A DNA stretch of 34,910 nt, taken from positions 1 to 34,910 of the IMG/VR virus record IMGVR_UViG_3300025530_000031; one strand, written 5' to 3'. A program made the position numbers and the translations under genes. The notes below the pieces were generated by a model, which saw only the letters and a program-made list of their open reading frames with translations, was not told where the DNA came from and made no database searches. The stretch is from a virus (lineage: Duplodnaviria > Caudoviricetes). This document shows, in pieces, positions 6,660-14,890 of the stretch (within the stretch, counting starts at the first letter, position 1; the number at the start of each line of letters is the position of its first letter).

Positions 6660-6742
6660 AAACTCCCGCCAGGCAATAACGGGAGTTACCTTAAAAACTA
6701 TTAATTTGACATCATTATAGCACGGAAAGGAAGAGATGGCAA
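6652..6742 (-). ncRNA. Antisense small-RNA unit 2 (promoter plus terminator)
   Basis: Minus strand TTGCCA-17-TATAAT with extended TG (6742-6714), then hairpin 6687-6661 and U-tract. Confidence 0.6.
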
Positions 6743-7296
6743 TGAACGTATTGCAAGAGTATGAATTGAATGAGTTTGAAGAAAAACAGGAGGAAGTCAA
6801 ACAACAGTTTGAAATAACCGACATAAACAGTCTAAATTGGGCTTTCAGAAAACTCAAGGCTTACAAGGCTAAAGAGCAAGAAATAAGCGAATTAGCGAAA
6901 GCTGAACGGGAACGGATTGATTATTGGGAGGAACAAGAAAAAAAGTCGATAAACAACAACATTGAATTTTTTGAGGGCTTAATCAATCAATACCATGCAA
7001 AAGTCCTTGCTGAAGATCCAAAAGCAAAAACAATCAGTACACCATATGGAGCCAGTAAAGCAAGAGCGATAAAAGCACAGCCCAAAAAAGCAGATGAAAA
7101 AGCAATTCTTCAGCATGTTGTTGAAAACGGTATGGACGAATATATCAAACCAACATTAAAATGGGCAGATTTGAAAAAGTCCCTCAAAATAGCAGATTTA
7201 AATGGGAAATTGGTTGTTGTGGATGAAACAGGACAAGCTGTACCAGGTATTGAAATTGAACCAGAACAAATCAAATACAGTTTGGAGGTCAAATAA
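6736..7296 (+). CDS. Host-nuclease inhibitor, Mu Gam-like family
   Basis: FEITDINSLNWAFRKL, KTISTPYG and WADLKK pattern; position next to the recombination gene. Confidence 0.8.
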   Translation: MAMNVLQEYELNEFEEKQEEVKQQFEITDINSLNWAFRKLKAYKAKEQEISELAKAERERIDYWEEQEKKSINNNIEFFEGLINQYHAKVLAEDPKAKTISTPYGASKARAIKAQPKKADEKAILQHVVENGMDEYIKPTLKWADLKKSLKIADLNGKLVVVDETGQAVPGIEIEPEQIKYSLEVK

Positions 7297-7297
7297 G

Positions 7298-8182
7298 ATG
7301 GCAGAAACAGCTCAAAATCAAATAGCTGCAACAGTAAACTCTATGTCAATTATCGATTCTGTTGATCTCGGAGCAGTTCAAAATACACTATCAAAAATTA
7401 ACCAGTTTCAAATGGTTGTACAAAACACTTTAAAAAAGGACCATGACTTCGGGATAATCCCGGGTACTGCAAAACCGACTTTATTAAAGCCAGGTGCCGA
7501 AAAAATCCTCATGCTGATGGGTTTGACAAGCAAATATGAGGTTGTCGAAAAAGTACAAGATTATGAGAAAGGTTTTTTCGCATTCACCGTAAAGTGCGAA
7601 TTGTATAAGGATGGATTAAAAATTACAGAAGGTTTAGGTCACTGCAATACAAAAGAACCAAAATATCATAAGAGAAAAGACGGAACACTACAAGATCCAT
7701 ATGGTTATGTCAATACAGTATTAAAAATGGCTAAGAAACGAGCCCAAATTGACGCGACGTTGACAGTAGCTTCCTTGTCTGAGGTATTTACTCAAGATAT
7801 CGAGGACATGCAAGATTTTATACAGCAAGAACAAACTGAAACTATGACTGCAGCGGATGCAGCACAAACTAAAGTAACGTTTGGTAAGTTCAAAGGAAAG
7901 ACTTTAAAGGATATATACAAAACACAACCAGATTATTTGAATTGGTTGCATGACAATGCAAAGTCTCCGGTTATTAAGAAAGCTATTGAGGTAATGTGGG
8001 AAGCGCTGAAAGAGCAGAAACAGTACAAGCAACAAAACCAACAATCAAAAAAGCAAACTAATGAACAACCACCGGAACCATCGAAAGAAGAAGCTAAACA
8101 AGAAAATCCGGATGAAGTCATGGACGAACTGTTAGGCGATGGGGCTTTTGATATAGATGAAAGTGAGCTGCCTTTTGATTAA
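7298..8182 (+). CDS. Putative single-strand annealing/recombination protein with an FGK(F)KG-type C-terminal module and acidic LPFD tail
   Basis: KPTLLKPGAEKI, NTVLKMAKKRA and VTFGKFKGKTL...DYLNWL; SSB-like C-terminus DESELPFD; follows the gam-like gene. Confidence 0.55.
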   Translation: MAETAQNQIAATVNSMSIIDSVDLGAVQNTLSKINQFQMVVQNTLKKDHDFGIIPGTAKPTLLKPGAEKILMLMGLTSKYEVVEKVQDYEKGFFAFTVKCELYKDGLKITEGLGHCNTKEPKYHKRKDGTLQDPYGYVNTVLKMAKKRAQIDATLTVASLSEVFTQDIEDMQDFIQQEQTETMTAADAAQTKVTFGKFKGKTLKDIYKTQPDYLNWLHDNAKSPVIKKAIEVMWEALKEQKQYKQQNQQSKKQTNEQPPEPSKEEAKQENPDEVMDELLGDGAFDIDESELPFD

Positions 8183-8412
8183 TGCTCAGTGAATTAAAAA
8201 TACGAATTCCTGAAGTATATGTTTGGATGACTGAGGGCAAGGCTAATCGCTCTCAGTTGTTCAAACGGTATGTAATAGGGTATATAGCCAGGACACATCC
8301 GGATTTGAAAGTAACAGCCATTAAAGGTTTGTATGCAATATGTGAGAGGACGACGGAAGGAGGGAACAAACTTGCAAGGATGGATAAAGTTATATCGAAA
8401 AATACTAGATAA
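8182..8412 (+). CDS. Hypothetical phage protein
   Basis: TAATG coupling to the upstream gene. Confidence 0.65.
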   Translation: MLSELKIRIPEVYVWMTEGKANRSQLFKRYVIGYIARTHPDLKVTAIKGLYAICERTTEGGNKLARMDKVISKNTR

Positions 8413-9271
8413 CGAGATTTGGAGTGACGTAACTACTTTTCGACTCTTTACCTTACTGCTCTTAAAAGCAGCACATCAAGATGGGGTCAAGATTAAAAAT
8501 GTTGAGTTAAAGCGTGGGCAATACTTGAGGTCATATTCAAAATTAGCTGAAGACCTCGAGTACAAGGAAAAAAGAGGTTATAAACAGCCATCAAAAAGCA
8601 CCATTTTACGTTCAATTAAGAAATTGATTAACAAAGGGATGATCACCGTTAAGGAAACTGATAACGGAACACTGTTCACAGTCGTTAAATATCAAGAATA
8701 TCAAGGCTTTGAACACGATAACGAAACGATAAACGAAACGGTTTATGAACCTTTATCAGAACGTTATCAGAACGAAATCGAAACGTTATCCGAACAAGAA
8801 CAAGAATTAAAGAATTTAAGAATTAAAGAATTAGTCGTCGATAACACGCGCAAAGAATTTCCTCAAAGCGACGGGGCACCTGTTACCGAAAGTAAAATAT
8901 CGCACGAGGAACTGGAACAACGCAATAAAGTTTTAGCCGACCATTTTATAAAAGTGAGAAATAGTGGGTTCTACCTTTCACCAAAAGACCTAAACGCAAT
9001 CGAGAGAGTGGCTGAATTGCCGGTTAAACTTGATACTCTGTGCAACTTGGTAACCCAAATTATTAATCTAAAAAACACGCAAACACCTTGGGATAAAGTG
9101 AAGCACTTTTCGTATTGTGAAAAAGTCATTGTCTCGAAATATCAGAAGCTAAAGCACGAGAACGTTATTCCTTTCAACAATCAAAAACAAAAAAGGGAAG
9201 AAACGATTGAGGAACGATTTGCTCGACTGCAACGAGAAGGACGAATAAAAGCTTGGGGAGATGGCTCATGA
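8372..9271 (+). CDS. Replication initiator (replisome-organiser/DnaD-like)
   Basis: GWIKLYRKI N-terminus, winged-helix region, internal iteron repeats; GGAGG RBS before TTG at 8372. Confidence 0.85.
   Translation: MQGWIKLYRKILDNEIWSDVTTFRLFTLLLLKAAHQDGVKIKNVELKRGQYLRSYSKLAEDLEYKEKRGYKQPSKSTILRSIKKLINKGMITVKETDNGTLFTVVKYQEYQGFEHDNETINETVYEPLSERYQNEIETLSEQEQELKNLRIKELVVDNTRKEFPQSDGAPVTESKISHEELEQRNKVLADHFIKVRNSGFYLSPKDLNAIERVAELPVKLDTLCNLVTQIINLKNTQTPWDKVKHFSYCEKVIVSKYQKLKHENVIPFNNQKQKREETIEERFARLQREGRIKAWGDGS
8711..8832. repeat. Iteron-like repeats (probable phage origin) within the initiator gene
   Basis: AACGAAACG x2, GAAC..TTATC(A/C)GAAC x3, then AT-rich AAGAATT(A/T)A x4. Confidence 0.7.
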
Positions 9272-9576
9272 ACCAGCAGGAAGTGTTGAAAATACTAAAC
9301 ACAATAAATGCAGCCTATTCTAGGTTTGAGGTTACAGATGAACGTTTAGTTTTGTGGTCGGAAATGTTGGCTGATATGGATTTTAACAAAGTGATGAACA
9401 AGTTAAAAAAATACATCAAGGAAAGACCATTTCCTCCTACGATTGCTGATATATCCGTACAAGAAACGCAAGAAAATCAATTTTTGTTGAAACATGAACA
9501 ATGGCTGAAAGAAGGGGCTGAACGCCGTGAACACGAAAAACAATCAAGAAACATATCAAAACTACCATGGCAATGA
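9268..9576 (+). CDS. Helicase loader/inhibitor, SPP1 G39P-like
   Basis: EVLKILNTINAAY...W.EML...FPPTIADI; located between initiator and helicase. Confidence 0.8.
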   Translation: MNQQEVLKILNTINAAYSRFEVTDERLVLWSEMLADMDFNKVMNKLKKYIKERPFPPTIADISVQETQENQFLLKHEQWLKEGAERREHEKQSRNISKLPWQ

Positions 9577-10876
9577 CTTAGTAAATACGCAAGCCACTTT
9601 AGAAGCCGAAAATATGGTTCTTGGTGCGGTTTTTCTGGAACCAGATATCATCCACGAAATCACCTTAGAACCTGAACATTTTTCAATCGCAAAAAATAAG
9701 ATCCTTTTTAAGGTCATGCGTGACTTAGCCCTTGAAGGCATTGGGATTGATCCAATGACTGTTGCAGACAAACTTGGAAGCAAAATCGAAAACATAGGTG
9801 GTCCTTCATACATCACTGAATTAGCTATGTCTTGCCCTACAGCTGAAAATGTTGGTGCATATGAGCGAATTGTACTCGAGCACTACAAACGAAGGAATCT
9901 TATATCTGCTGCTGCAAAATTTATGAATGAGCAAACAGACGAGGCGGCAGACGATTTTTACAAAAAATATATCGAAATGCAAGAACTTGGCTTGAAAAAG
10001 GAACGGAACAAAACGGATGTTCTCTACGAAATTTTTCAAGAAATGCACGAAGATAAGGGCGAATTGACCGGGATAGATACAGGATTTACCGAGTTAAACA
10101 ACATGACAGGCGGTCTAAAAGGTGGAGATTTAATAATTATTGCTGGCCGTCCATCAATGGGTAAAACAGCGTTCGCATTAAACATTGCGGCGAATTGCTG
10201 TAATAAGCAAGGCATTGCAGATATTTTTTCGCTCGAAATGCCGGAAAAGCAATTAGTTCACCGGATACTTAGTTCACTTTCAAATGTTGAAGGATCCAAG
10301 TGGAGAAATCCTTATAGAATGTTTTCAGCTAGCGATTACGACAAAGCAAATTTTGCAATGGAACAATACGGCAAATGGGATATTTACATACATGATGAAC
10401 CTAAGCAAACAGTTACCGATATCCGTGCAGCCGTGAGAAAAACACAAAGAAAACATCCGGAACAAAATCATGTTGTCATTATCGATTATTTGCAACTGAT
10501 TACGGTCCTTGGACGATTTGAGCGGTATGACTTAGCGATTGGCAGTATTACAAAAGAATTAAAGCAAATGGCGCGACAATTCAATGTTCCTGTAATATTA
10601 CTATCCCAATTATCGAGGGCAGTTGAACAGAGACAAGATAAACGTCCCATGATGTCAGATTTGCGTGACTCAGGAAGTATAGAGCAAGACGCAGATATCA
10701 TTATGATGTTGTACCGTGAAGACTATTACGACAGGGAAACACAAAACAAAAACATTGTGGAAGTGAATATCGCTAAACACAGAAATGGGCCGGTTGGAGT
10801 AATTCAGCTGTTATTCGAGAGGGAATTCAGCAAGTTTCAAAATCTCGAATGGAGAAGGAGCGAAAACAATGAGTAG
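9527..10876 (+). CDS. dnaB: Replicative DNA helicase, DnaB family
   Basis: Walker A AGRPSMGKT, IIDYLQL, LSQLSR, DLRDSGSIEQDAD, KHRNGP. Confidence 0.97.
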   Translation: MNTKNNQETYQNYHGNDLVNTQATLEAENMVLGAVFLEPDIIHEITLEPEHFSIAKNKILFKVMRDLALEGIGIDPMTVADKLGSKIENIGGPSYITELAMSCPTAENVGAYERIVLEHYKRRNLISAAAKFMNEQTDEAADDFYKKYIEMQELGLKKERNKTDVLYEIFQEMHEDKGELTGIDTGFTELNNMTGGLKGGDLIIIAGRPSMGKTAFALNIAANCCNKQGIADIFSLEMPEKQLVHRILSSLSNVEGSKWRNPYRMFSASDYDKANFAMEQYGKWDIYIHDEPKQTVTDIRAAVRKTQRKHPEQNHVVIIDYLQLITVLGRFERYDLAIGSITKELKQMARQFNVPVILLSQLSRAVEQRQDKRPMMSDLRDSGSIEQDADIIMMLYREDYYDRETQNKNIVEVNIAKHRNGPVGVIQLLFEREFSKFQNLEWRRSENNE

Positions 10877-11066
10877 CCAAATCGTTTTCAAGAAACTGCA
10901 TAGCCATTATCAAGCTACCGGGAAGATCATGCAAAAGGAACAATTTATCGAAGAAATTGCGAGGCAGTTTCCAAAAAAAGATGTTATTGAAGGGTTAATG
11001 ATTTTTAATAACTTTTTAGACGAGTCTAGGAAAAAACGGAGGGGATTTTATGGGAATGCTGTATAG
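10869..11066 (+). CDS. Hypothetical phage protein
   Basis: AAGGAG RBS, overlaps the helicase stop. Confidence 0.65.
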   Translation: MSSQIVFKKLHSHYQATGKIMQKEQFIEEIARQFPKKDVIEGLMIFNNFLDESRKKRRGFYGNAV

Positions 11067-11232
11067 ATCTGTTAACGCAATAAACGAACTGAAAAAACGT
11101 CATATCATCAGTGAATTGGTTGCTTTAGGTGTTGATGGTGACGGTGCGATTAATCTATATGACCTTGATTATTACGAACTTAAAAGCTTGTTAGCGACAT
11201 TAAAAAGAATGGGACGTGATTTTAATGCGTGA
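11050..11232 (+). CDS. Small protein resembling the Fur-regulated basic protein FbpA family
   Basis: K..II.ELVALG...LYDLDYYELK pattern; GGAGGG RBS. Confidence 0.45.
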   Translation: MGMLYRSVNAINELKKRHIISELVALGVDGDGAINLYDLDYYELKSLLATLKRMGRDFNA

Positions 11233-11599
11233 GATAAAGTTTCGAGTATGGCATAAGGCAGATGAAAAAATGTATGAAGTTTATGGATTTGCACAAAACA
11301 AATGGTTTCTAAAAGGTAAGCAATTTCCGATGCCAAATGGCGCAGTAGTAATAATGCAATACACAGGTTTAAAAGACAAGAACGGCAAGGAGATTTATGA
11401 GGGGGATTTATTAACTGATTACGGTGAAGCGCCACCTTTATACGTTGAATATTCAGAAGAACATGGAGCCTATTGCTTTGTAGATAAATTTGATCCAAGT
11501 GGAACAGTGTATTACACACCTCTAATGATTTATTATGAACAGATGGAAGTAATCGGAAACATTTACGAAAATCCAGAATTGTTGGAGTGGAAAGAATGA
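11225..11599 (+). CDS. yopX: YopX-family protein
   Basis: MREIKFRVW, MQYTGLKDKNGKEIYEGD, EVIGNIYENPELL. Confidence 0.92.
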   Translation: MREIKFRVWHKADEKMYEVYGFAQNKWFLKGKQFPMPNGAVVIMQYTGLKDKNGKEIYEGDLLTDYGEAPPLYVEYSEEHGAYCFVDKFDPSGTVYYTPLMIYYEQMEVIGNIYENPELLEWKE

Positions 11600-11772
11600 C
11601 AGTAAAAGGAACATACAAAGGAAAACCGATTAGGGCCGTACTGCTTGAAGGTACAGCTACCGTTAAACTTTTTGAGTATGTAGATGAACCGGGGATTTGG
11701 TACTTCCCATTGATAGTTGACGGCGAAAATGTGGAAAAGGATAAATTTGTTTTGGAGGTCCCAATTGAGTAG
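11596..11772 (+). CDS. Hypothetical phage protein
   Basis: ATGA overlap with yopX; GGAG RBS. Confidence 0.6.
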   Translation: MTVKGTYKGKPIRAVLLEGTATVKLFEYVDEPGIWYFPLIVDGENVEKDKFVLEVPIE

Positions 11773-12004
11773 ATACATTTACGGCAAAAATAAGAGAAAT
11801 TGGGCTGACCCGTCAAGTAAGTACGGGTTATGCCCGGAACAGTTTGAAAAAGATGTACAAGCACATCAAGAACGAAAAGGACGCAAAAAGGAAACCATCA
11901 AAGCCATGTTTGAAGGCATGCTAAAAAGTGACCCGGTAAGGCAGGAAGAAACGTTTCAGATGTTTGTTGAAACGTTGAATGAATGGAGGGAGAAACATGA
12001 GTGA
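11765..12004 (+). CDS. Hypothetical phage protein
   Basis: GGAGG RBS before TTG at 11765. Confidence 0.6.
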   Translation: MSRYIYGKNKRNWADPSSKYGLCPEQFEKDVQAHQERKGRKKETIKAMFEGMLKSDPVRQEETFQMFVETLNEWREKHE

Positions 12005-12332
12005 ACGGTTGGAAGATATAAAAGAAAGATTCATGAAATATGAGTATGACTACAATCTAAGCGGTGAAGATGTTGAATGGCTTATCAACCAAGCTGAACG
12101 AGCCGAAAAGAACGCTCAAGATCTAGGGGACATGGACAAACAGTTGGCGAGTGAACAACGACGCATTCGAGAGTTAAAAGAAGAAAATCAACGTTTCAAA
12201 AAAGCTTTGGAGTTTTACGCAGATCCAATGATATGGAGAGAAGGAAGCCGCATTAAAGGTAATACCTTCGAAATGCCATTAGCAAATAATGATAATGGGC
12301 ATAAAGCCCGGAAAGCGTTGGAGAAGAATTGA
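11997..12332 (+). CDS. Hypothetical coiled-coil phage protein
   Basis: GGAGG RBS; DVEWLI...ALEFYAD...ARKALE pattern typical of Bacillus phage early genes. Confidence 0.7.
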   Translation: MSERLEDIKERFMKYEYDYNLSGEDVEWLINQAERAEKNAQDLGDMDKQLASEQRRIRELKEENQRFKKALEFYADPMIWREGSRIKGNTFEMPLANNDNGHKARKALEKN

Positions 12333-12342
12333 AGGTGAGTAA

Positions 12343-12801
12343 ATGACAGTGACGAAATCAAAGAAAAAGAACAAGTATTTTGCTAAGAAAAAGATTGTTT
12401 CCGGAATTGAGTTTGATAGCATTGCAGAATCAGAGTTTTATAAAGAACTAAAGAAAGATCCAACAGTTAAATCAATTGAACTACAACCACAATTTGAAAT
12501 CATCAAGCCATATAAGGTTGAGTGTAAACGTTGCTGTGGATTTGGGCAAGTCTATAACAGCCGAACGGGCAATTATAACAAGTGTACATTATGTAACGGG
12601 AAAGGCAAACGAACAAAGCGAGGGGCCGTATATACCGCAGACTTCCAAGTTAAGTACATAGACGGCCATGAAGAAGTCATAGATGTAAAGGGCGGTCGTG
12701 TCTCTCACGACTTCCCTCTCAGAAAAAAACTTTTTGAAATGGCATACGGGAAAGAATTGGTGATTGTCAGGAAGAAAAATAATCAATTTGTTCGGGAGTG
12801 A
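12343..12801 (+). CDS. DUF1064-family PD-(D/E)XK nuclease-like protein with CxxCxGxG zinc-finger insertion
   Basis: GIEFDS..E, ELQPQF, YTADF, VIDVKG; inserted CKRCCGFG...CTLCNGKG. Confidence 0.82.
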   Translation: MTVTKSKKKNKYFAKKKIVSGIEFDSIAESEFYKELKKDPTVKSIELQPQFEIIKPYKVECKRCCGFGQVYNSRTGNYNKCTLCNGKGKRTKRGAVYTADFQVKYIDGHEEVIDVKGGRVSHDFPLRKKLFEMAYGKELVIVRKKNNQFVRE

Positions 12802-12809
12802 TGGTGAAT

Positions 12810-13064
12810 ATGTCAAGCGTCCTCAAAAATGGCTCATATGACATTTTGAAAGTCTCAGAGATAAATAATACCCAGACAAGCTTAATTGGCAAGAATGAGC
12901 CAATAACAAAGCGATATGAGGTATTAAGAGAACAACTAGAACATGCACTTAAGGCTAAAGACCAAGCGATAGCATACAATGCAATCCTAGAAAACCTATT
13001 GTACAAGGCAGAGCAAGAAATTATCCGGCTTAACGAAGAAATCAACAATCTAACTCGAAAGTAG
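12810..13064 (+). CDS. Hypothetical coiled-coil protein
   Basis: ORF in operon; start could be 12798-12810. Confidence 0.6.
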   Translation: MSSVLKNGSYDILKVSEINNTQTSLIGKNEPITKRYEVLREQLEHALKAKDQAIAYNAILENLLYKAEQEIIRLNEEINNLTRK

Positions 13065-13073
13065 GGTGTTGGA

Positions 13074-13235
13074 ATGGAAGTCGTCATTGTAGATGAACGG
13101 AAACAATGGATGAAAGAGGAAGACCGGCTAATGACATGTGCTTGGTTTTGCCCGCTTTACCGTAAGTGCAGTAGTCGGATGGGTTATGACTGTAAACGGC
13201 TAGGCGGCTTGGAAATACCGAAAATAAGAAAGTGA
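13074..13235 (+). CDS. 53-aa Cys-rich protein (not in the ORF track)
   Basis: MEVVIVDERKQWMKEEDRLMTCAWFCPLYRKCSSRMGYDCKRLGGLEIPKIRK; fills the operon gap. Confidence 0.6.
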   Translation: MEVVIVDERKQWMKEEDRLMTCAWFCPLYRKCSSRMGYDCKRLGGLEIPKIRK

Positions 13236-13246
13236 GGAGTGAGAAC

Positions 13247-13315
13247 GTGAAAACAAATAAACAAGACTTACAAGAGTGGAAAGAGCGGTTGGCAAAAGCA
13301 GAAGAATTGATTTAA
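13247..13315 (+). CDS. 22-aa micro-ORF or gene remnant
   Basis: GAGGAG RBS, GTG start, MKTNKQDLQEWKERLAKAEELI. Confidence 0.35.
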   Translation: MKTNKQDLQEWKERLAKAEELI

Positions 13316-13385
13316 AAAAGCCAGGACCACTCCCGGCTCAAGTACTCGATAGTTTTATTTTAACATGGGAGTGGTCCTCTTGAAA
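13314..13385 (-). ncRNA. Antisense small-RNA unit 3, overlapping an RBS-sequestering inverted repeat
   Basis: Minus strand TTTCAA-17-TAAAAT with extended TG, hairpin AGCCGGG/CCTGGCT and U-tract; 12-bp IR at 13323-13334 / 13367-13378. Confidence 0.55.
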
Positions 13386-13574
13386 ATAGACGTAGAAAAA
13401 ATGACTGCTGAGATTAGTCTTATGGAAAACTCATTATATATCGTGAAAGACGGCTACTTAACAAAAGTTACACCAAGAAAATTTGGTGAAGATACGTTCA
13501 TTTGGAAGGACGGGAGAATTCATGATGTGATAAGAAGTCAGCGAACAAGACTGGATGGGCAAGAAGAAATCTGA
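13380..13574 (+). CDS. DUF3954 / XtrA-YqaO-like small protein
   Basis: MTAEISLMENSLYIVKDG...FGE..FIWKDG; TTG start after GGGAG. Confidence 0.7.
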   Translation: MKIDVEKMTAEISLMENSLYIVKDGYLTKVTPRKFGEDTFIWKDGRIHDVIRSQRTRLDGQEEI

Positions 13575-13597
13575 ATAATTGTCTGAGGGAAGAACCC

Positions 13598-13646
13598 AGG
13601 ACACTGAATGAACGCTTTACGCGTCGTTTGGTGTCCTTTTTTATTT
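13598..13646 (+). terminator. Long intrinsic terminator upstream of the late-activator genes
   Basis: AGGACACTGAATGA...TCGTTTGGTGTCCT followed by TTTTTATTT. Confidence 0.75.
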
Positions 13647-13661
13647 GAAAGGGATGAGAAT

Positions 13662-13814
13662 ATGCGGAAGAAAAAGAAGGTATCCGAGTTTTATAGATAT
13701 AAGTTTTGTAGAAAGTGTATTTGGAAAAGTAAAGACGGTCTGTGCCCGTTTTCTGGGTGCCCCAAGGTATTTGGTTGGACTGCGGATAAAAAGGCGGAGG
13801 AGGGCAATAAATGA
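13662..13814 (+). CDS. Small Cys-rich basic protein
   Basis: AAGGGA RBS; CRKC...C...C. Confidence 0.55.
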   Translation: MRKKKKVSEFYRYKFCRKCIWKSKDGLCPFSGCPKVFGWTADKKAEEGNK

Positions 13815-14266
13815 TGAATAAACGAGAGATTGAAGAGATTCTCAAGAATTACCACTGGATGTTGAATAGTATCAAACTAGAACGGGAAGCACTTAAACAA
13901 ATAGGCGGAAATTTATCGGCAAAATATGGAGTTGAAGCCTCTTTGCCAAAAGCACATGGGCAGAGTGGTGACCCGGTATTTCAAGAAGTCGTTCGACGTA
14001 GTAAACGTTGGAAACGAATAGAACGCTATGAAAGAGAGATAAAGATTATTCAGGACCGTATAGAACGTATAAAAGATGAACGTGAAAGTGAAGTGCTGTA
14101 TTGGTTACTCGAGGGAAAAAGTTATCGCTGGATTGGTCAACATATGGGTTTTTCTTCTTCTCATATCAAAAGACTCAGGGATTCTATTGTTGAACAATTA
14201 GCTGATACAAATGGCACAAATGGCACAGATGGGACGAATTTCCAAAATCGAAAATCGGCATGTTAA
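13811..14266 (+). CDS. Late-gene transcriptional activator (ArpU/RinA-like, sigma region-4/LuxR-type HTH)
   Basis: C-terminal HTH LEGKSYRWIGQHMGFSSSHIKRL; last early gene before terS. Confidence 0.75.
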   Translation: MMNKREIEEILKNYHWMLNSIKLEREALKQIGGNLSAKYGVEASLPKAHGQSGDPVFQEVVRRSKRWKRIERYEREIKIIQDRIERIKDERESEVLYWLLEGKSYRWIGQHMGFSSSHIKRLRDSIVEQLADTNGTNGTDGTNFQNRKSAC

Positions 14267-14269
14267 AAT
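14203..14269 (+). promoter_or_regulatory. Probable late promoter: four 9-bp direct repeats plus extended -10
   Basis: TGATACAAA TGGCACAAA TGGCACAGA TGGGACGAA, then TGTTAAAAT with no consensus -35. Confidence 0.6.
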
Positions 14270-14319
14270 GGGAGGCAGGACGTGGAGGAAGTTTTCCCCA
14301 TATATGAACGGATTATTTT

Positions 14320-14349
14320 AAAGCACCTAAAAATTATTAGGTGTTTTTA
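14320..14349 (+). terminator. Terminator-like hairpin before terS
   Basis: AAGCACCTAA-AATTA-TTAGGTGTTT followed by T-run. Confidence 0.55.
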
Positions 14350-14377
14350 TTATTTTTAATAAAGTGAGGTGATAAAG

Positions 14378-14890
14378 ATGGCACTTACAGCAAAACAAAA
14401 ACGATTTGTAGAAGAGTACTTAATCGATTTAAACGCTACACAAGCAGCAATAAGAGCTGGTTATAGTCCAAATACAGCATATTCGATTGGAAATGAAAAC
14501 CTGAACAAACCTGAAATTCGCGCGCGCATTGATAAGGCTATGGCCGAACGCTCTAAACGCACAGGAATAAACGCCGATAGGGTATTACAAGAACTGGCAA
14601 GGATTGCTTTTATCAACCCGATAGACGTAATTGATACAGAGGATGCTACAGTTAGAGAAGATGCTAATGATGATGATTTGGCAGCTGTCCAATCGGTCAA
14701 AATTAAAACAATACCCACAAAAAACGGTAGTGGAGTTGAAAGGGAAGTAAAGCTAAACGATAAGATAAGAGCATTGGAACTACTAGGTAAGCATCTAGGA
14801 ATGTTTAAGGATAAAATAGAATTATCTGGTGATGTTGGGGTTGTCCAGATTATAGATGACATTCCTAGAAGTGATGATGATGGCAGTTAA
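14378..14890 (+). CDS. terS: Terminase small subunit
   Basis: LTAKQKRFVEEYLIDLNATQAAIRAGYS; ALELLGKHLGMF. Confidence 0.95.
   Translation: MALTAKQKRFVEEYLIDLNATQAAIRAGYSPNTAYSIGNENLNKPEIRARIDKAMAERSKRTGINADRVLQELARIAFINPIDVIDTEDATVREDANDDDLAAVQSVKIKTIPTKNGSGVEREVKLNDKIRALELLGKHLGMFKDKIELSGDVGVVQIIDDIPRSDDDGS

Noticed and set aside
8711-8832. CRISPR-like array
   Set aside because: Short degenerate repeats without unique spacers, inside the initiator gene; better explained as ori iterons; no cas genes
11172-11864. 230-aa minus-strand ORF
   Set aside because: Antisense to yopX and its neighbours; no RBS or recognisable motif
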